A stretch of DNA of 61,552 bases, counting the filler, from Circinaria calcarea (lineage: Eukaryota): assembly GCA_051942165.1 (NCBI GenBank). It is 4 parts of 4 records of this genome, joined end to end, with 100 filler letters (N's around TTAATTAATTAA, not from the genome) between each part and the next. Parts side by side here need not be neighbours in the genome. Positions count along the whole stretch, not along the records: positions 1 to 15,326 come from JAVECS010000371.1; 3 more parts are not named here. One strand, written 5' to 3'. Within the stretch, counting starts at the first letter, position 1, and each line of letters begins with the position of its first letter. Positions 1 through 11,653 of the stretch are shown here, piece by piece. The notes beneath the pieces are model-generated. The model searched no databases. It saw nothing but the letters and a program-made list of their open reading frames with translations, and was not told where the DNA came from. Made by a program: the position numbers and the translations under genes.

Positions 1-871
1 GAAGCAGCAGCGACCGCCGATAAGGGCGTGGATGAGGTTACAGATTTGTTCAAGGGCTTATCGAAGAAGAAGAAATCGAAGAAACCCAAAGATGGAGAGG
101 CAGCTGATGCGTCCGAAGAACCAGCTGCCACCGCTGACGGCGAGTTTGATCCAACGGCCTTGAAGAAGAAGAAAAAGAAGAAGTCTACAAAGACTGCTGA
201 TGCCGAGGATTTCGATGCGAAATTGGCCGAAGCAGGGGTAGGAGAGAACGGAGAGCAAGACCACGGGGAGGTTGACACAACGGGCGCCGAGACCGGAGAT
301 CTTGAAAAGGGCACAGGCATATGGCAGCACAGCTCCACCCAGCCTATTAGCTACCCTCTCCTCCTTACTCGCTTCTTTACGATTTTACAAAACCATCACC
401 CCGACCTCCTCTCCAGTGGATCGAAAAGCTATAAGATTCCGCCGCCGCAATGTTTACGGGAAGGTAACAAGAAAACCATTTTCGCCAACATCGCCGAGAT
501 TTGCAAGCGCATGAAGCGCACGGATGAGCACGTGACACAATTTCTATTCGCTGAATTGGGTACGAACGGAAGTGTTGACGGATCGAGACGTCTTGTCATC
601 AAGGGTCGCTTCCAGCAGAAGCAAATCGAGAACGTGTTGCGACGATACATTGGTTCGTGGTTTGTCCTTTCCTTGTATCCTTGGTACTAACGTGGAAATA
701 GTGGAATATGTCACCTGCAAGACTTGCCGATCGCCCGATACCGAGCTGAACAAGGGTGAGAACCGACTATACTTCGTGACCTGCAACTCGTGTGGGAGTC
801 GACGGAGTGTGACGGCCATCAAGACCGGTTTCTCGGCGCAAGTTGGAAAACGTAAGAGGCAGCAGGGCTAA
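1..871 (+). CDS. SUI3: Translation initiation factor eIF2 beta subunit (5'-truncated)
   Basis: Poly-Lys boxes (KKKKSKK, KKKKKKK); core [35 protein letters not shown]2-C2 zinc finger [13 protein letters not shown]...[10 protein letters not shown]. Intron 653-701 (GTTCGT..CTAAC..TAG) joins ORFs 28..690 and 572..871. Confidence 0.95.
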
Positions 872-1468
872 AGATTGCACTCTCATCTACCAAGCAACCC
901 GTCAGCGGCTCTCTGTTACAACACTGAAAGATTACAACTGCATCACTGGCTACTCTCGATTATTAGCGATGCTCTTATGACCCTTGGTGACTTGTGACCG
1001 TGGCGTTTATTGGGGGAGCTTGCACATGTATCTATCCAAATGTTCGCTCTGATAGTTGATTCCGCCAAAAGGCACATATTGCAAGATTGGACCTCTCGGT
1101 TGTCGTTATTGGGGAAAGCGAACACCCTGTGGCTATAAAGGTACCGTAAACCCAAAGCATTGTAGCGGTGAGGAATTGTCCCTGCGAACCCTAAATAGCC
1201 GCCGTTCAAGCGCTTAAGGAGTGAACCGACTCCAAGCATTCGTTTTACTATATTTAACTCCTGAATCCATGCGGGCCTCTGGACGAGCAAGCTAGCTTTG
1301 CTATGGACAACTCTGGTATTGCGCTGCTATCTATATCGCCGCTGGGCTTCCCTTGCTTTCCTCCGTCAATCTTTTGCCAGATAGCGACCGAGCTTCGCAT
1401 GCCTTGTTCTTGAATAGTGACCCCATCTGGTATCTTTTTCTCGCTGTCTTTTCTTTCCCTAATACAAC

Positions 1469-2852
1469 ATGGCTGCTCAACCGCCGACCTACGGGCAGAG
1501 CGCCTCCCCGCCTCCTGGAGCGTTCTTCCCACGTAAGTCATCGAGCACGGGCACTCGTGGATGAAGACTATCAAACTAATGGATCCACCTAGCTCCCCCC
1601 GATACTCGGAATTTTCAGCCTAGTAAGCATCAGCTTATTCATTCAAGAGAACACATACTGATCTTAGAAACATTCAGACCAGCAGTCATATCCACCTCCA
1701 CCACAACAAGGCTCCGGCGCTCAACCTCCATCCCAGCAGTATTATCCCCCCCCTCCAGCTCAAACACCGCCCGTCACCCAAGGCAACTACCATCCACCCC
1801 AAGCTGCCAACATCGTCCCGCGGGTTTCTTATCAACCTCCCCCACAATCGGCTCCACCCACTCGTACTGAATTTCAGTTCCCAGACCAAGTTTCGACCCC
1901 ACCCCCGGCGGCTGGAAACATAGGATCCCATCAGACCTACGCGACGCCAGAGAAATCGCTAAGTCACGCCCTCGACGTTAACAGATCTCCCAACATGCCT
2001 GGAGGCGCACCTGCACCAGCCCACTTTCTGGGAGCGTCGACTTCACAAGACGATGTTGGGACATTCAATGGCGGGAGCTTCCGGATTAGCCATAGGGATA
2101 CCAATACAATCTTGACGCTGCAACTGGCTATGGGATGTCCTCTTACTGCTAAGCCTGGTAAGATTGTTTGCACTTATTCCCCAGCCAGAGCCACCTATTT
2201 TCGAATCGTGCTCATGCTAACTTCTCGCAGGCGTCATGATTGCCATGTCGCCGACGGTCACTCTTAAAGGCGCCGTGAAGTTCTCCCTGAAGAAACTGAT
2301 TGCCGGCGGTGATATCGCATCATCGACATTCACTGGTCCTGGAGAAGTCCTCTTTGCGCCTCCCACACTCGGAGACATTACGACTCTTCGGGTGACGGCA
2401 AAGGAACATTGGAAGGTCGGCCGAGACTCCTTTCTGGCCAGTACACAAGGTATCGTCAAAGAAATGCGAAGTCAGGGCATCGGGAAAGCGATGTTTTCAG
2501 GGGAAGGTCTGTTTGTCTATCGGGTGAGTGGGACGGGTTTGATTTGGGTTTCGAGCTTTGGCGCGATTATTCGAAAAGATGTAAGTCTGATCAACTCGAC
2601 GGGTCTTTCGCTGGCAAATATTGACCATCATAGCTGCGAGATGGGGAGAAATACATGATCGACAATGGGCATCTTGTGGCATGGAACTGCGAGTATGTGC
2701 TTGAACGTGTCGCGAGTGGCGGAATCATCTCTGGTCTTAGCTCTGGCGAAGGGTTAGTTTGCAAGTTTACCGGGCCCGGGTCTGTCTTCATGCAGACTCG
2801 CAACCCGGCCGCGTTCTCGCTGTACTTGGCTGGAAATTCGACTACGGCATAG
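1469..2852 (+). CDS. AIM24: AIM24/DUF124 (TRAP-like) family protein with Pro/Gln-rich N-terminus
   Basis: Motifs [58 protein letters not shown]. Introns about 1533-1592, 1623-1677, 2158-2230 and 2581-2633 keep the frame from ATG 1469. Confidence 0.85.
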
Positions 2853-3054
2853 GTCGACTGTGAGCTTCCGGCGTTCAGGTAATAAGGACAAAGTGTTGTG
2901 TAGCTTCTATTCTTCACAGCTATTCTTAAAAACTATCGAGGTACCAACACAGTTCTCAAGCATGCTTCTTGGTCATTCTCCAACTCCACATCGCTAAACG
3001 ACCTTCAATTAGTGCATCACATACACGATTCTAGACTGAAAGTAGCAATCAAGG

Positions 3055-5005
3055 TCAGACCCTTGACGGTGCCCAGCCCGATTTAGCCAACCGTGCTGCC
3101 AGCAGCAGTATTGCGCCGAGCAAGATGGTACAGCCGGCAAAGAGCTGTGCATACAGATACCCGCCATGGTTCTCTCGAATTAAAGCCCCGCCGATTGGAG
3201 CCCCTGTCAAGCAGGCCACCCCGATCACTAGATATATCATCGCTATCCTGATCCCCACCTTGCTCGGGTCCGGGCAGAAGCTGTAGATCGTCGCGATATA
3301 CAGACCTTGCAATCCCGCCGCGGCAAAGCCATAAAAGCATGCCACGACCAAGAGCGATGCATGGGTCGCGGAGCCGATCCACAGGAAGATCATCATGCCG
3401 GCAAAGACGGTGGATGGGATTATCGTATTCAGCGGTCCGATGCAGGCATCGGAAATCAGGTTCGGTATAAATCGCCCGGGGAGATTGGAGGCGTTCATCG
3501 CGATGAGCAGGTTGACCGATTGGGTTGGATTGAGATGTAGGACAGCCTCGCCAAAGGTAACCATCTTTCCCCGTCAGTACTTACTCGGCCGTTTCTTTGG
3601 CAGGACTTACAAAGTAAAAGCCAAAGTACACGCCCCAGAAAGAGAAGAACATGCCTGGAGGCTACCGTTAGCGTAATTTTCTGAAATCAGGGGAGAAGTG
3701 CTATACCAGCCATCATGAGCATGTAGGGAGCGTCACGAAAGGCAGTCCAGTCCATTTGAGGCGAACCGTTTGGTTTGTACCCAGGACGTGGTCGAACAAT
3801 GATGTTGGCAATGATTAGGAGGACCAACACAACCAAAGCCATTGCTGACAGTCCTATGTTAGCCTATGGTGTCTGACTGGCCTCTGCGCCTTACCTCTAG
3901 TGGTCCAGGCAAATCCAATCTTGAAGAAGAGCTTAGACCCAATGAGAGGGAAAATGATTCCGCCTGCAAACAAGTGAGATTCCATTCACAATTTAGACAT
4001 AATTCCTTGACAAACCTGTGCTCGCACCAGAGGCAACAATACCAGTTGCCTTCCCAATGTGCTTTGAGAAGTAGGCCATCAGCACAATCACCGCAGAGCC
4101 AAACACCAGACCCATTGCGATGCCAGTCAAGATACCCTGGACGATGAACAGCTGCCACCATTGCGTACAGAAGCTTGTCAACAGTATGGCAACGACAAGG
4201 AGCACACTGCCACCGTTGAAACAGAGCCGGAAAAGCCCCTTATCTACCAGGGGACTCGCGACGATACATGTGGCGAATATCAGGAAGATCTGCGAAGATC
4301 CAATCCATGCAATTTGCTGTGGGGTCTTTTCTCGAAGGAGGACGCCTTGATAATAAGCTTGGAAGATACCAAACGACTGTTCCTATTAGTATCTATCTTG
4401 GAATACCGGGGGCTTGGCGTACCAGATTCAATCCCCTGGATGCTGTTAGAGGATCTAAATACGGAGGCTTGGAAGACAGCATACTGCACTGCAAAAGCTA
4501 CTAGATGGCCAGCAAAAGTGTGCAGCCAAGCTAATGTTCCTCCATCGGGCGGTTCTTCGACTTCGACAGGCAAGTCAACTTCGACCGGCGGGCCATGACG
4601 GCTCAGTCTCGAGAGCTCAACGGTCTGCGCAACAGACAATGGTTGCGCAGGAGCAACATAAATGAATGATGGGGTCACCGATAGCCTTGGCCTAATGTTT
4701 CTCTTCTCGGACACTCGGGACCTGATCTCAAGTCTGTCGAAAGCGGGATCGACTTCCTTGGCCTGGAGCCAGTCGCTATGTGATTTAATAGAGCCAGGCT
4801 GCTTTGTGTCCTTGGTGTCTTCCCTACCGCTTCGGGAGAATTTCAGCTTTGGCGGTACGAAACTTGCTTGCGGGTCATAGACTGCGATGGGGACTGGTCG
4901 CTCGGTGGCATCGTGGACGGCGCCGGATCTAACGGAGCGCTGGGAATGGACGTCTGAGAGGTAGAATCCCTCCCGGATATCGGCGAGTTTTCGGAGGTAT
5001 TCCAT
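3055..5005 (-). CDS. MFS monocarboxylate-porter family transporter (MCH/MCT-like)
   Basis: PPDGGTLAWL motif, multiple TM segments, QLFIVQGILTGIAMG, GRFIPNLISD..GPLN, LTGAPIGGALI. Several GT-AG introns link ORFs 4280..5080, 3993..4205 and 3055..3564. Confidence 0.88.
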
Positions 5006-5275
5006 GTTCTGGGATGGATGATGGATGGGCTGCGTAGGAGCTGAGGGCGGCCATGTTTGTAGATAGAATGACTCAGGCACAAAGTGAATACAATCATAAA
5101 GTCGGGTTGACTGAGAGAAGTCTGCAGGAATAGAAGTGCAATCAAAGTGAATTACAATGACTAACTAGCCAGACTGCCGTGGGAATGCTTAGATCAACGG
5201 GCGATAAAGGACTTCCCTACCAGCTCCTTGCCATGTAGTCCAAAGAAGGCCACGATTATTAGAACCAAATCACCA

Positions 5276-6021
5276 TTAATTGCTCAAAGAAGGTTCGTCG
5301 TCTGCCACAATTTCCAGTCTGGTGAACTTGAGCTTTGCAGGATCGTTCAACACCTGCATGATATTTGGGAGACCTTTGGGCTCGTCAACCCGAGCGACAT
5401 CACCCGAAATGTCATTCCATAAGAAGTAGTCCTTTCCACACTCTACCAAAAATGTCGACTTCCCTTTATGCACAAGGATCATTTTTGCGGGTGGGAGTCC
5501 GTAATCTTCGTCAGGGAAGCTTTCGGCAGCATTCTCCAGGCGATAATGATTGTTAAACCAGCCGTCAGGAGCCGAACTGGCTGGCTGCCCGGAAGGATTG
5601 CTTGTAGACCTCGTTTTAACATCTGTTAGGGGTGCTGTTTCGAAATGCTCTTTTAGCAAGTAACGCTCACCATAGAGCAGATTTGGTAAACACTGCGTGA
5701 TACGCCATTCCGCTATGTAGGTCGTTAGGGACTCTGAACAAGCACTCACTGTCAATTCAACGGGGCCGCAGTTCTCTCACCAAAGACATAGCTGTACCAG
5801 AAGACCGCCGCCTTAAACTACTGAGGAGAGCGGGAGACACTCGGGTGATAGAGATACGATATGGTCGGCGGACCTAGGGTCCCATAAGACGGCCTCGACA
5901 CATTTCCGAAGGTAGGGAATACTTTGGCATGGTATCTAGTTGAGGGATGTTGTGAACGAGGAACACCCAATGCCCAGGGCGGAAGGATGTTGAGATCTAG
6001 TAAATATCTGAACTCTGCCAT
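5276..6021 (-). CDS. Small hypothetical protein (last exon 5276-~5715; 5' exons uncertain)
   Basis: Globular-looking C-terminal exon (APDGWFN..FPDEDYGLPP..FLVECGKDYFLWNDISG..EPKGLPNIM) preceded by a CTAAC..TAG acceptor near 5715. Start not resolved. Confidence 0.5.
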
Positions 6022-6734
6022 CTCACCATATTCGCTAAGATCCGAGGCCGTACCCTTCCTTATCGAAGACGGTCCCCATTAGTGCTTACGAAAGTAATAC
6101 ATCCTTCTCAGTATGTTGACAGCCGAGCTCGTCAGCCTTGTCTGCCGTTCTATATACAGACTACCGCTTCTCACATTCCCATACTCTTGCAGGGACCACC
6201 TTGTGGAATCCGAACGGTTGTACAACAGACCGAACATGGCAGCTTCCCCCGTCTGATCAAGGTAAAAGTATCATGGGACGCTGGTAGTTGCGTCACATAC
6301 CGCTCCGCAAGGTCCGCTGGGGTTGGGGACTAACCGGCAGTCTTATGTGCAAAGAAGAAGCTCACATGGAGTGAAAGACTGATGGAGGGAGGTTGATAGT
6401 AGCTGAAAATGATGATAGAAATAAAGTTTCAAACAGGAAACAGTCGAAGGTCTAAGGTATCGTGAGAAGGTCTACATGCTTCTGTAAGCTTTCAGACCTT
6501 CTTGCTTCCCTCCAGTCATGTCATCCATGTCACTCCCAAAACAGACTTTCCCTCCCAAGCAATTCCCTCGGCTCCCCAAACTCCACCAACCGTCCATTAT
6601 CTAAAACCGCCACCTTATCCGCATCCATGATGGTATGATGCTTGAATTCTGCTCGAATCACTCGCTGCAAAAGCTAATATCGATCGATTTATTTTATATT
6701 CCCTTTGTTCTTCTATTTTTCGTGCGGAATTAAA

Positions 6735-8675
6735 ATGGTAAGATATAACGCTATTGAAGAGGATATTCAAATCAGTACTCCATATCTTTATAATCCCCTT
6801 TCTGCCCCAACTTCCATCCGCCTCCTTCACCTCCACGCATCACCTCAACTTTCTGGCCCCATTTCCTGCGTTATTTCTGTTGTCGACCTCAACAGCGCGC
6901 CGTGGCCTTCCTACGAAGCGCTATCTTATGAATGGCGCCCCCCGCCGACGACCACGGACGAGCTTTACCCACTGACTTGCAATGACGGCACCACAACAGG
7001 TATTCGGCAGAACCTCCGCAATGCGCTTCTTCGGTTGCGTCCGGGACACGGAGCTGCGGCGCGGAGGCTATGGGTCGATGCCATATGCATCAATCAGGCA
7101 GACGATGAGGAGAAATCGGTACAGGTGGGTCGGATGAAAGAGATCTACGAGAAAGCGGAGAGGGTAATCGCTTGGCTGGGGGCGGACGACGGTGGAATGG
7201 AAGGGGCGATGGAGGCCACGTGCATGATCCATCGCCGATATCTGCGCGGTACCCCTGAAGAATGGGATAAACGGCTTGAGAGAGCTGATGATGGTAAATG
7301 CTATGGTGGTATTGACTGGAGGCAGGTTCCTGCAGAGGAGCCGACAATAGGCGACTGGTTCAAGGCTGCGAAGCTTCTTGAACGCTCCTATTTCAGTAGG
7401 TTGTGGATGGTCCAAGAATTGGTGGTTGCGCGGCAAGTACTGCTCTTGTGTGGAGCTCTGGAGACAGACTTTCGATGTCTACGTGACTTCATCGTCACTA
7501 CCTTCGTGTACGCTGCTAAACCAGACGCCGGCGCTGCCCTGGAAAATGCTCAGGAAATCCAGAATATGGGTTCCTTAGCTATACCAATGTTGCAATACAG
7601 CTCGAGAACCGGTGTCGATGAGCGGATTATTCTTGAGGATCTCTCGTGGTTGCTTTGGAGGACAAGATCTTTGGGCTGTTCTGACCCGCGGGATAAAGTC
7701 TTTGCGGTGTTGAACATTTCCAAGACGGGCGCAAGATTTTCCCTGAAAGCGGATTATCGTATGGACCTGGAGTCTGTATACTCTGCTGCCGCTCGAGAGA
7801 TACTCGAGTATGGACCATCCGAGCACGACATGGCGTTGAATCTCTTCGAGTCACTTACCCATCCCATGTCCTCTGACTTGCCTTCATGGGTCCCTGATTG
7901 GCGCATCGCGAACTCTTCCGAGATCCGCATTCGTGGCTGCCGTCCGGTCGATGCAACAGGCTTAGGTCGATTTCGCAGCACCGAGCTTTATACTAGTTTC
8001 CCTAGCAATCGGCGCCTCGAACTTAAAGGCGTCATTGTCACGTCCATAAATACCGTCAGAAAAGAGCCTTGTGATGCTGATACAGCTTCTAAACATTCCG
8101 AGTTCGACTTTACAGAGTCTTTTCGATTGGCTGAAACGGCGGCGGTCAATGGCAAGTATCTGCATACTCGTAAACCCATTGGAAGCGAGTTCATCAGAGC
8201 ACGACTGACGGACTCGTGGACGAGAGATGATAACGAGGGCCATAAATTGCGGCAGAGTGATATCGAGGACATTTTCCCACTATGGAAGGGGCAGCAAGAC
8301 TCAACAATGTACATAACAAATCCCTCGCTCGTCTTTGAGATTCGGAAACGATCCTTGTCCCACTGCTTTTTTATAGCCGAAACGAACATGATGGGCCTTT
8401 GCCCATTCGCGACATTGCCCAGAGACGTTGTTTCCATCGTTGTCGGCTGCAGTATGCCGCTTGTACTCCGACCAAGCAACGACGAAGGGGTCTTTCGGTT
8501 GATTGGCGTATGTTACCTGCACGGGTTTATGGATGGGGAGTGGGTTCGTGAGCTTGCAATAGAAGCCAAATGCCGTGACGAAAAAACCGAAGACATGGAT
8601 TTCGAGGAATTTCTGTTGTCCTGGACGAGGGATGAGGAGGTGCTAAGGTGGACTCGGAGCATTGTTTTGGTTTAG
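6735..8675 (+). CDS. Heterokaryon incompatibility (HET-domain) protein, HET-6-like
   Basis: Hallmark HET motifs IRLLHL, YEALSYEW, LWVDAICINQADDEEKSVQVGRMKEIY, YFSRLWMVQE, SDPRDKVFAVL, LPSWVPDW, and C-terminal PLVLRP..LIGVCYLHGFMDGE. Single long ORF. Confidence 0.93.
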   Translation: MVRYNAIEEDIQISTPYLYNPLSAPTSIRLLHLHASPQLSGPISCVISVVDLNSAPWPSYEALSYEWRPPPTTTDELYPLTCNDGTTTGIRQNLRNALLRLRPGHGAAARRLWVDAICINQADDEEKSVQVGRMKEIYEKAERVIAWLGADDGGMEGAMEATCMIHRRYLRGTPEEWDKRLERADDGKCYGGIDWRQVPAEEPTIGDWFKAAKLLERSYFSRLWMVQELVVARQVLLLCGALETDFRCLRDFIVTTFVYAAKPDAGAALENAQEIQNMGSLAIPMLQYSSRTGVDERIILEDLSWLLWRTRSLGCSDPRDKVFAVLNISKTGARFSLKADYRMDLESVYSAAAREILEYGPSEHDMALNLFESLTHPMSSDLPSWVPDWRIANSSEIRIRGCRPVDATGLGRFRSTELYTSFPSNRRLELKGVIVTSINTVRKEPCDADTASKHSEFDFTESFRLAETAAVNGKYLHTRKPIGSEFIRARLTDSWTRDDNEGHKLRQSDIEDIFPLWKGQQDSTMYITNPSLVFEIRKRSLSHCFFIAETNMMGLCPFATLPRDVVSIVVGCSMPLVLRPSNDEGVFRLIGVCYLHGFMDGEWVRELAIEAKCRDEKTEDMDFEEFLLSWTRDEEVLRWTRSIVLV

Positions 8676-8997
8676 GGAATGGAACCAAGCCATTGCCTAT
8701 TCTATCCGATAAAGCCTATAACTATGTGCGATACCAGCCATCTCTCCTATGTTGCCTATTCATCCTCCACAAACGGTTATGGAGTTCAATCTGTAACCGG
8801 AGCACGCAGACAGCATATCACCGAGAAAGCTTTATATCATCATCGTACTTGGCAATTTGATTTCAAACGAACGTCAACGCTATTGTACACACGAAGCATG
8901 CCTGGGACCATTATCCCCTTCTGACCTTATTGAACCCAGCATGATGTCTTTGCTAGCCCTCCCTTTTCATAATCCCACCACAACTCACCCCCCCTCC

Positions 8998-9630
8998 TCA
9001 CATCCCTTCTCCTACCTCTCTCCCTTCCTCCTTATTCTCCCGCCCAGGCTCGAGTTCCTCCAATTCCTCCTCGTTTAACTTCACCCCATTATCTTCGCCC
9101 TCGTCACATTCGCTTTCGACATTAACCCCCCCGTCACTCTGATCACTACTATTGGGTGATCTATGTTCAAGTGCGTGGTTGCCGGTCTCCGTTTGATGAT
9201 GAGATGCGGGGTGATATTGACCGCCATGCATCATAGGATATTGGGCAGGAGGGGGGTATTCGTGATAGAAAGGGACAGCGTTATCGAATATCGCACGAGG
9301 GAGCTGTCTGAGCTCGGCAAGTCTCTGCTCGTATTCGGCGAGGAACTCCTTCTCGTCTTGCGTCAGGGGGTTCGGATCTTGGTTCTCAACGGGATGGTGG
9401 GTGAACTGGGGGAGAGTATTTCTGTAGGCGGCTGTCATAGGAGGGATTCGAATCTCAGCGATCGATTGTAGCTGCCTATTTCCTGCTCGATAACGACGGA
9501 CTCGTAGGTTATCTGCAACTGGCATCATGCAGTAGCCAGTCCCAGGTCCAATCTTGACCAGGCGCAACAGTGGGCCATCCTGGACCACCGTCGAAGCCTG
9601 GAGTGTCTGAATGATCGGTGTTTTCTCCAT
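8998..9630 (-). CDS. Hypothetical orphan protein (~210 aa, acidic C-terminus)
   Basis: Open frame within ORF 8998..9930 with first ATG at 9630 (MEKTPII). No recognisable domain. Confidence 0.45.
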   Translation of the reverse strand: MEKTPIIQTLQASTVVQDGPLLRLVKIGPGTGYCMMPVADNLRVRRYRAGNRQLQSIAEIRIPPMTAAYRNTLPQFTHHPVENQDPNPLTQDEKEFLAEYEQRLAELRQLPRAIFDNAVPFYHEYPPPAQYPMMHGGQYHPASHHQTETGNHALEHRSPNSSDQSDGGVNVESECDEGEDNGVKLNEEELEELEPGRENKEEGREVGEGM

Positions 9631-10149
9631 CTTAGGATATAGACACTGGTATAGACTGCTTTGTGTTAGGATGTGGGTGTGACGATAGGCCGTGATGGAG
9701 GATGGAAGAAGGAGATGCTCGTAGAGATAGCCTGGCGTTCGAGCGGCTAGGAGGTGGTCGATGCTATGGTAGAGGATGAACGCGTAATAGCTTTGGTATG
9801 GCGACGGTCGAAGCCGGTGGATAAGAGTTTGCAGTTGTGGAAAAGAGTTAACATAGGCTCGAGGTCCTCCGTGATAGCTCAAAGTTGTATCTGAGCATAA
9901 ACTGGGAGTCAGGTAATCAGAATAAACCAATGGGTGGAATACACGACAACAGTGAACACTAGCAGAACACCGGAGAACTTATAAATACATGCGGCTGGTC
10001 AGGCAGCGCGAAATTGCTCCTGCGCTGGAAGCCGTCACGTACATATGCGGATCCAGTCGTGACCCCACAGAACCCATCACAAGAAGAGACTCGAAGTCAG
10101 GTCATTCATTTGAGAGTGGATTAAGATCTCATATTTACTAACACTATGC

Positions 10150-11330
10150 TCAGCAACCCTCCTCCTCGCCCGCCTTCCTTCTATCGTTCTGTCCACTAAC
10201 CCTCTTCTTCCTTGTTGATCGGCTACTGCCCCCTTTAGGCCGATAAGGCTCATCTTCTCTTTTCCTTTTGTTCTTCGCTGATCCTTCTAGGTTCCCACTA
10301 ATGAGATATCCCTCGTCGTCAATAATCTCTGGCTCCTGCTTTGGAACTATGCTAGATCTTTTGGGTGCTCTCGAAGAAGTTGCTGGCCTTGATACTGGCT
10401 TCTCCGGTAGTAGATCATTGTCTTGGAGAAAGACCTGGGGTTGATATTTCCGGAGCCAATTATGGACAGATACTGGATTTCCAACCGCCACCTCTCGCTC
10501 TTTTTCATGCTTCTCATTTGAGCGGATGGGATGTGAGGACGGTGGAGCCTGGGTACCTAGCTCGGAAAGCTCAAGGGCAGCGTCAAGAGTTGACAGATAT
10601 TCTTCCTCGTGATTCGGTGATAGATACCCTGCTGGCATCGAGGTGTTGATGTCGTGGGGTAGTGACCGTGGCGGGACAGATTCCAGTACAGTATGCGGGA
10701 CCGCTTTGAGCTGCGAGAGCTTCCTAGGTTTATTGACTGTTTCATTCTGCTCAATTATAAGATGACCATAAGTCCATGGCGTGACCTCTTCTGTCAATGG
10801 TTCGTTCTTCGCATTTTCTGACGCTGCACGGGCAGTATGAACGTCTGGGTTGAAAGGAGCTAGATCAGGCTCGAGCGCTGGAACCGCAGATTCCGATGGA
10901 GTTGGAGAGCGGAGATCATAACGCAAGTAGGGAGATATCCTGGTTGACTCGTTGACTTCGAGAAGCAGGTCAAGAAGTTGACTATTCGAGATGAGCTTGT
11001 CCGGTATCTTGGCCCCGATTGAGAAGTTGAACTCACTCGTTCTGCTCCTGCAAGCGTCGGGCCAGCTTGATGGATTTCTGCTCTTGCCCAAAGAGGCTGT
11101 TACTGATCTTCATCTTCTCTTCGAAGGCATGCCTCATCTTTCTATACTTCTTTCTACATTTCATTAGTAAGGGCATCTTTAGATCGCATCATAACTCACT
11201 TGAAGGATTTGTATGTTGGTTTCGAGTCGCTGTTCACCATGTCCACCATGTCCACCATGTCCGATGTATGTATGTCAGTGCCCATGGGCTCGTTCAAGTG
11301 TTTCGGATCACGGTCTGCCAGATCTGCCAT
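10150..11330 (-). CDS. IEC3: INO80 chromatin-remodelling complex subunit Iec3
   Basis: Spliced sequence PTYKSFK|KKYRKMRHAFEEKMK..ARRLQEQN|QLLDLLLEVN, NPVSVHNWLRKYQPQVFLQD, EDEPYRPKGGSSR. Introns about 11156-11199 and 10982-11038. Confidence 0.88.
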
Positions 11331-11653
11331 CTCTGAGGTTGGGTATTCAACACCCGTCGAGTCATTCAAGCTAGCAAAAGACATCTCGAACCAAGAAGTG
11401 CCTGAGCACTGAACTACCACTGAGTGATTTGTGTCTTCTAAGGACGGATGGACGGCGACACAACAATCACCTGGCAATTAAGGGAGAATGTCTTTGTGAA
11501 GGGGGTGGGGGGTGGTCGTTGGGTCTTCACTGGACTGCACATATAGCCGCATTTCCCGCCGTAGATTGTTTATATCCGTCCGTCTAAGGTAATCACCGCA
11601 CAAACCAGCGCCCCAAAGCTCTGGCTCCATTAATCAAGGGTCTTCTCAACACC
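11331..11653. promoter_or_regulatory. Putative bidirectional promoter between IEC3 and the NOP13-like gene
   Basis: Head-to-head start codons about 320 bp apart. No specific sites assigned. Confidence 0.5.
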
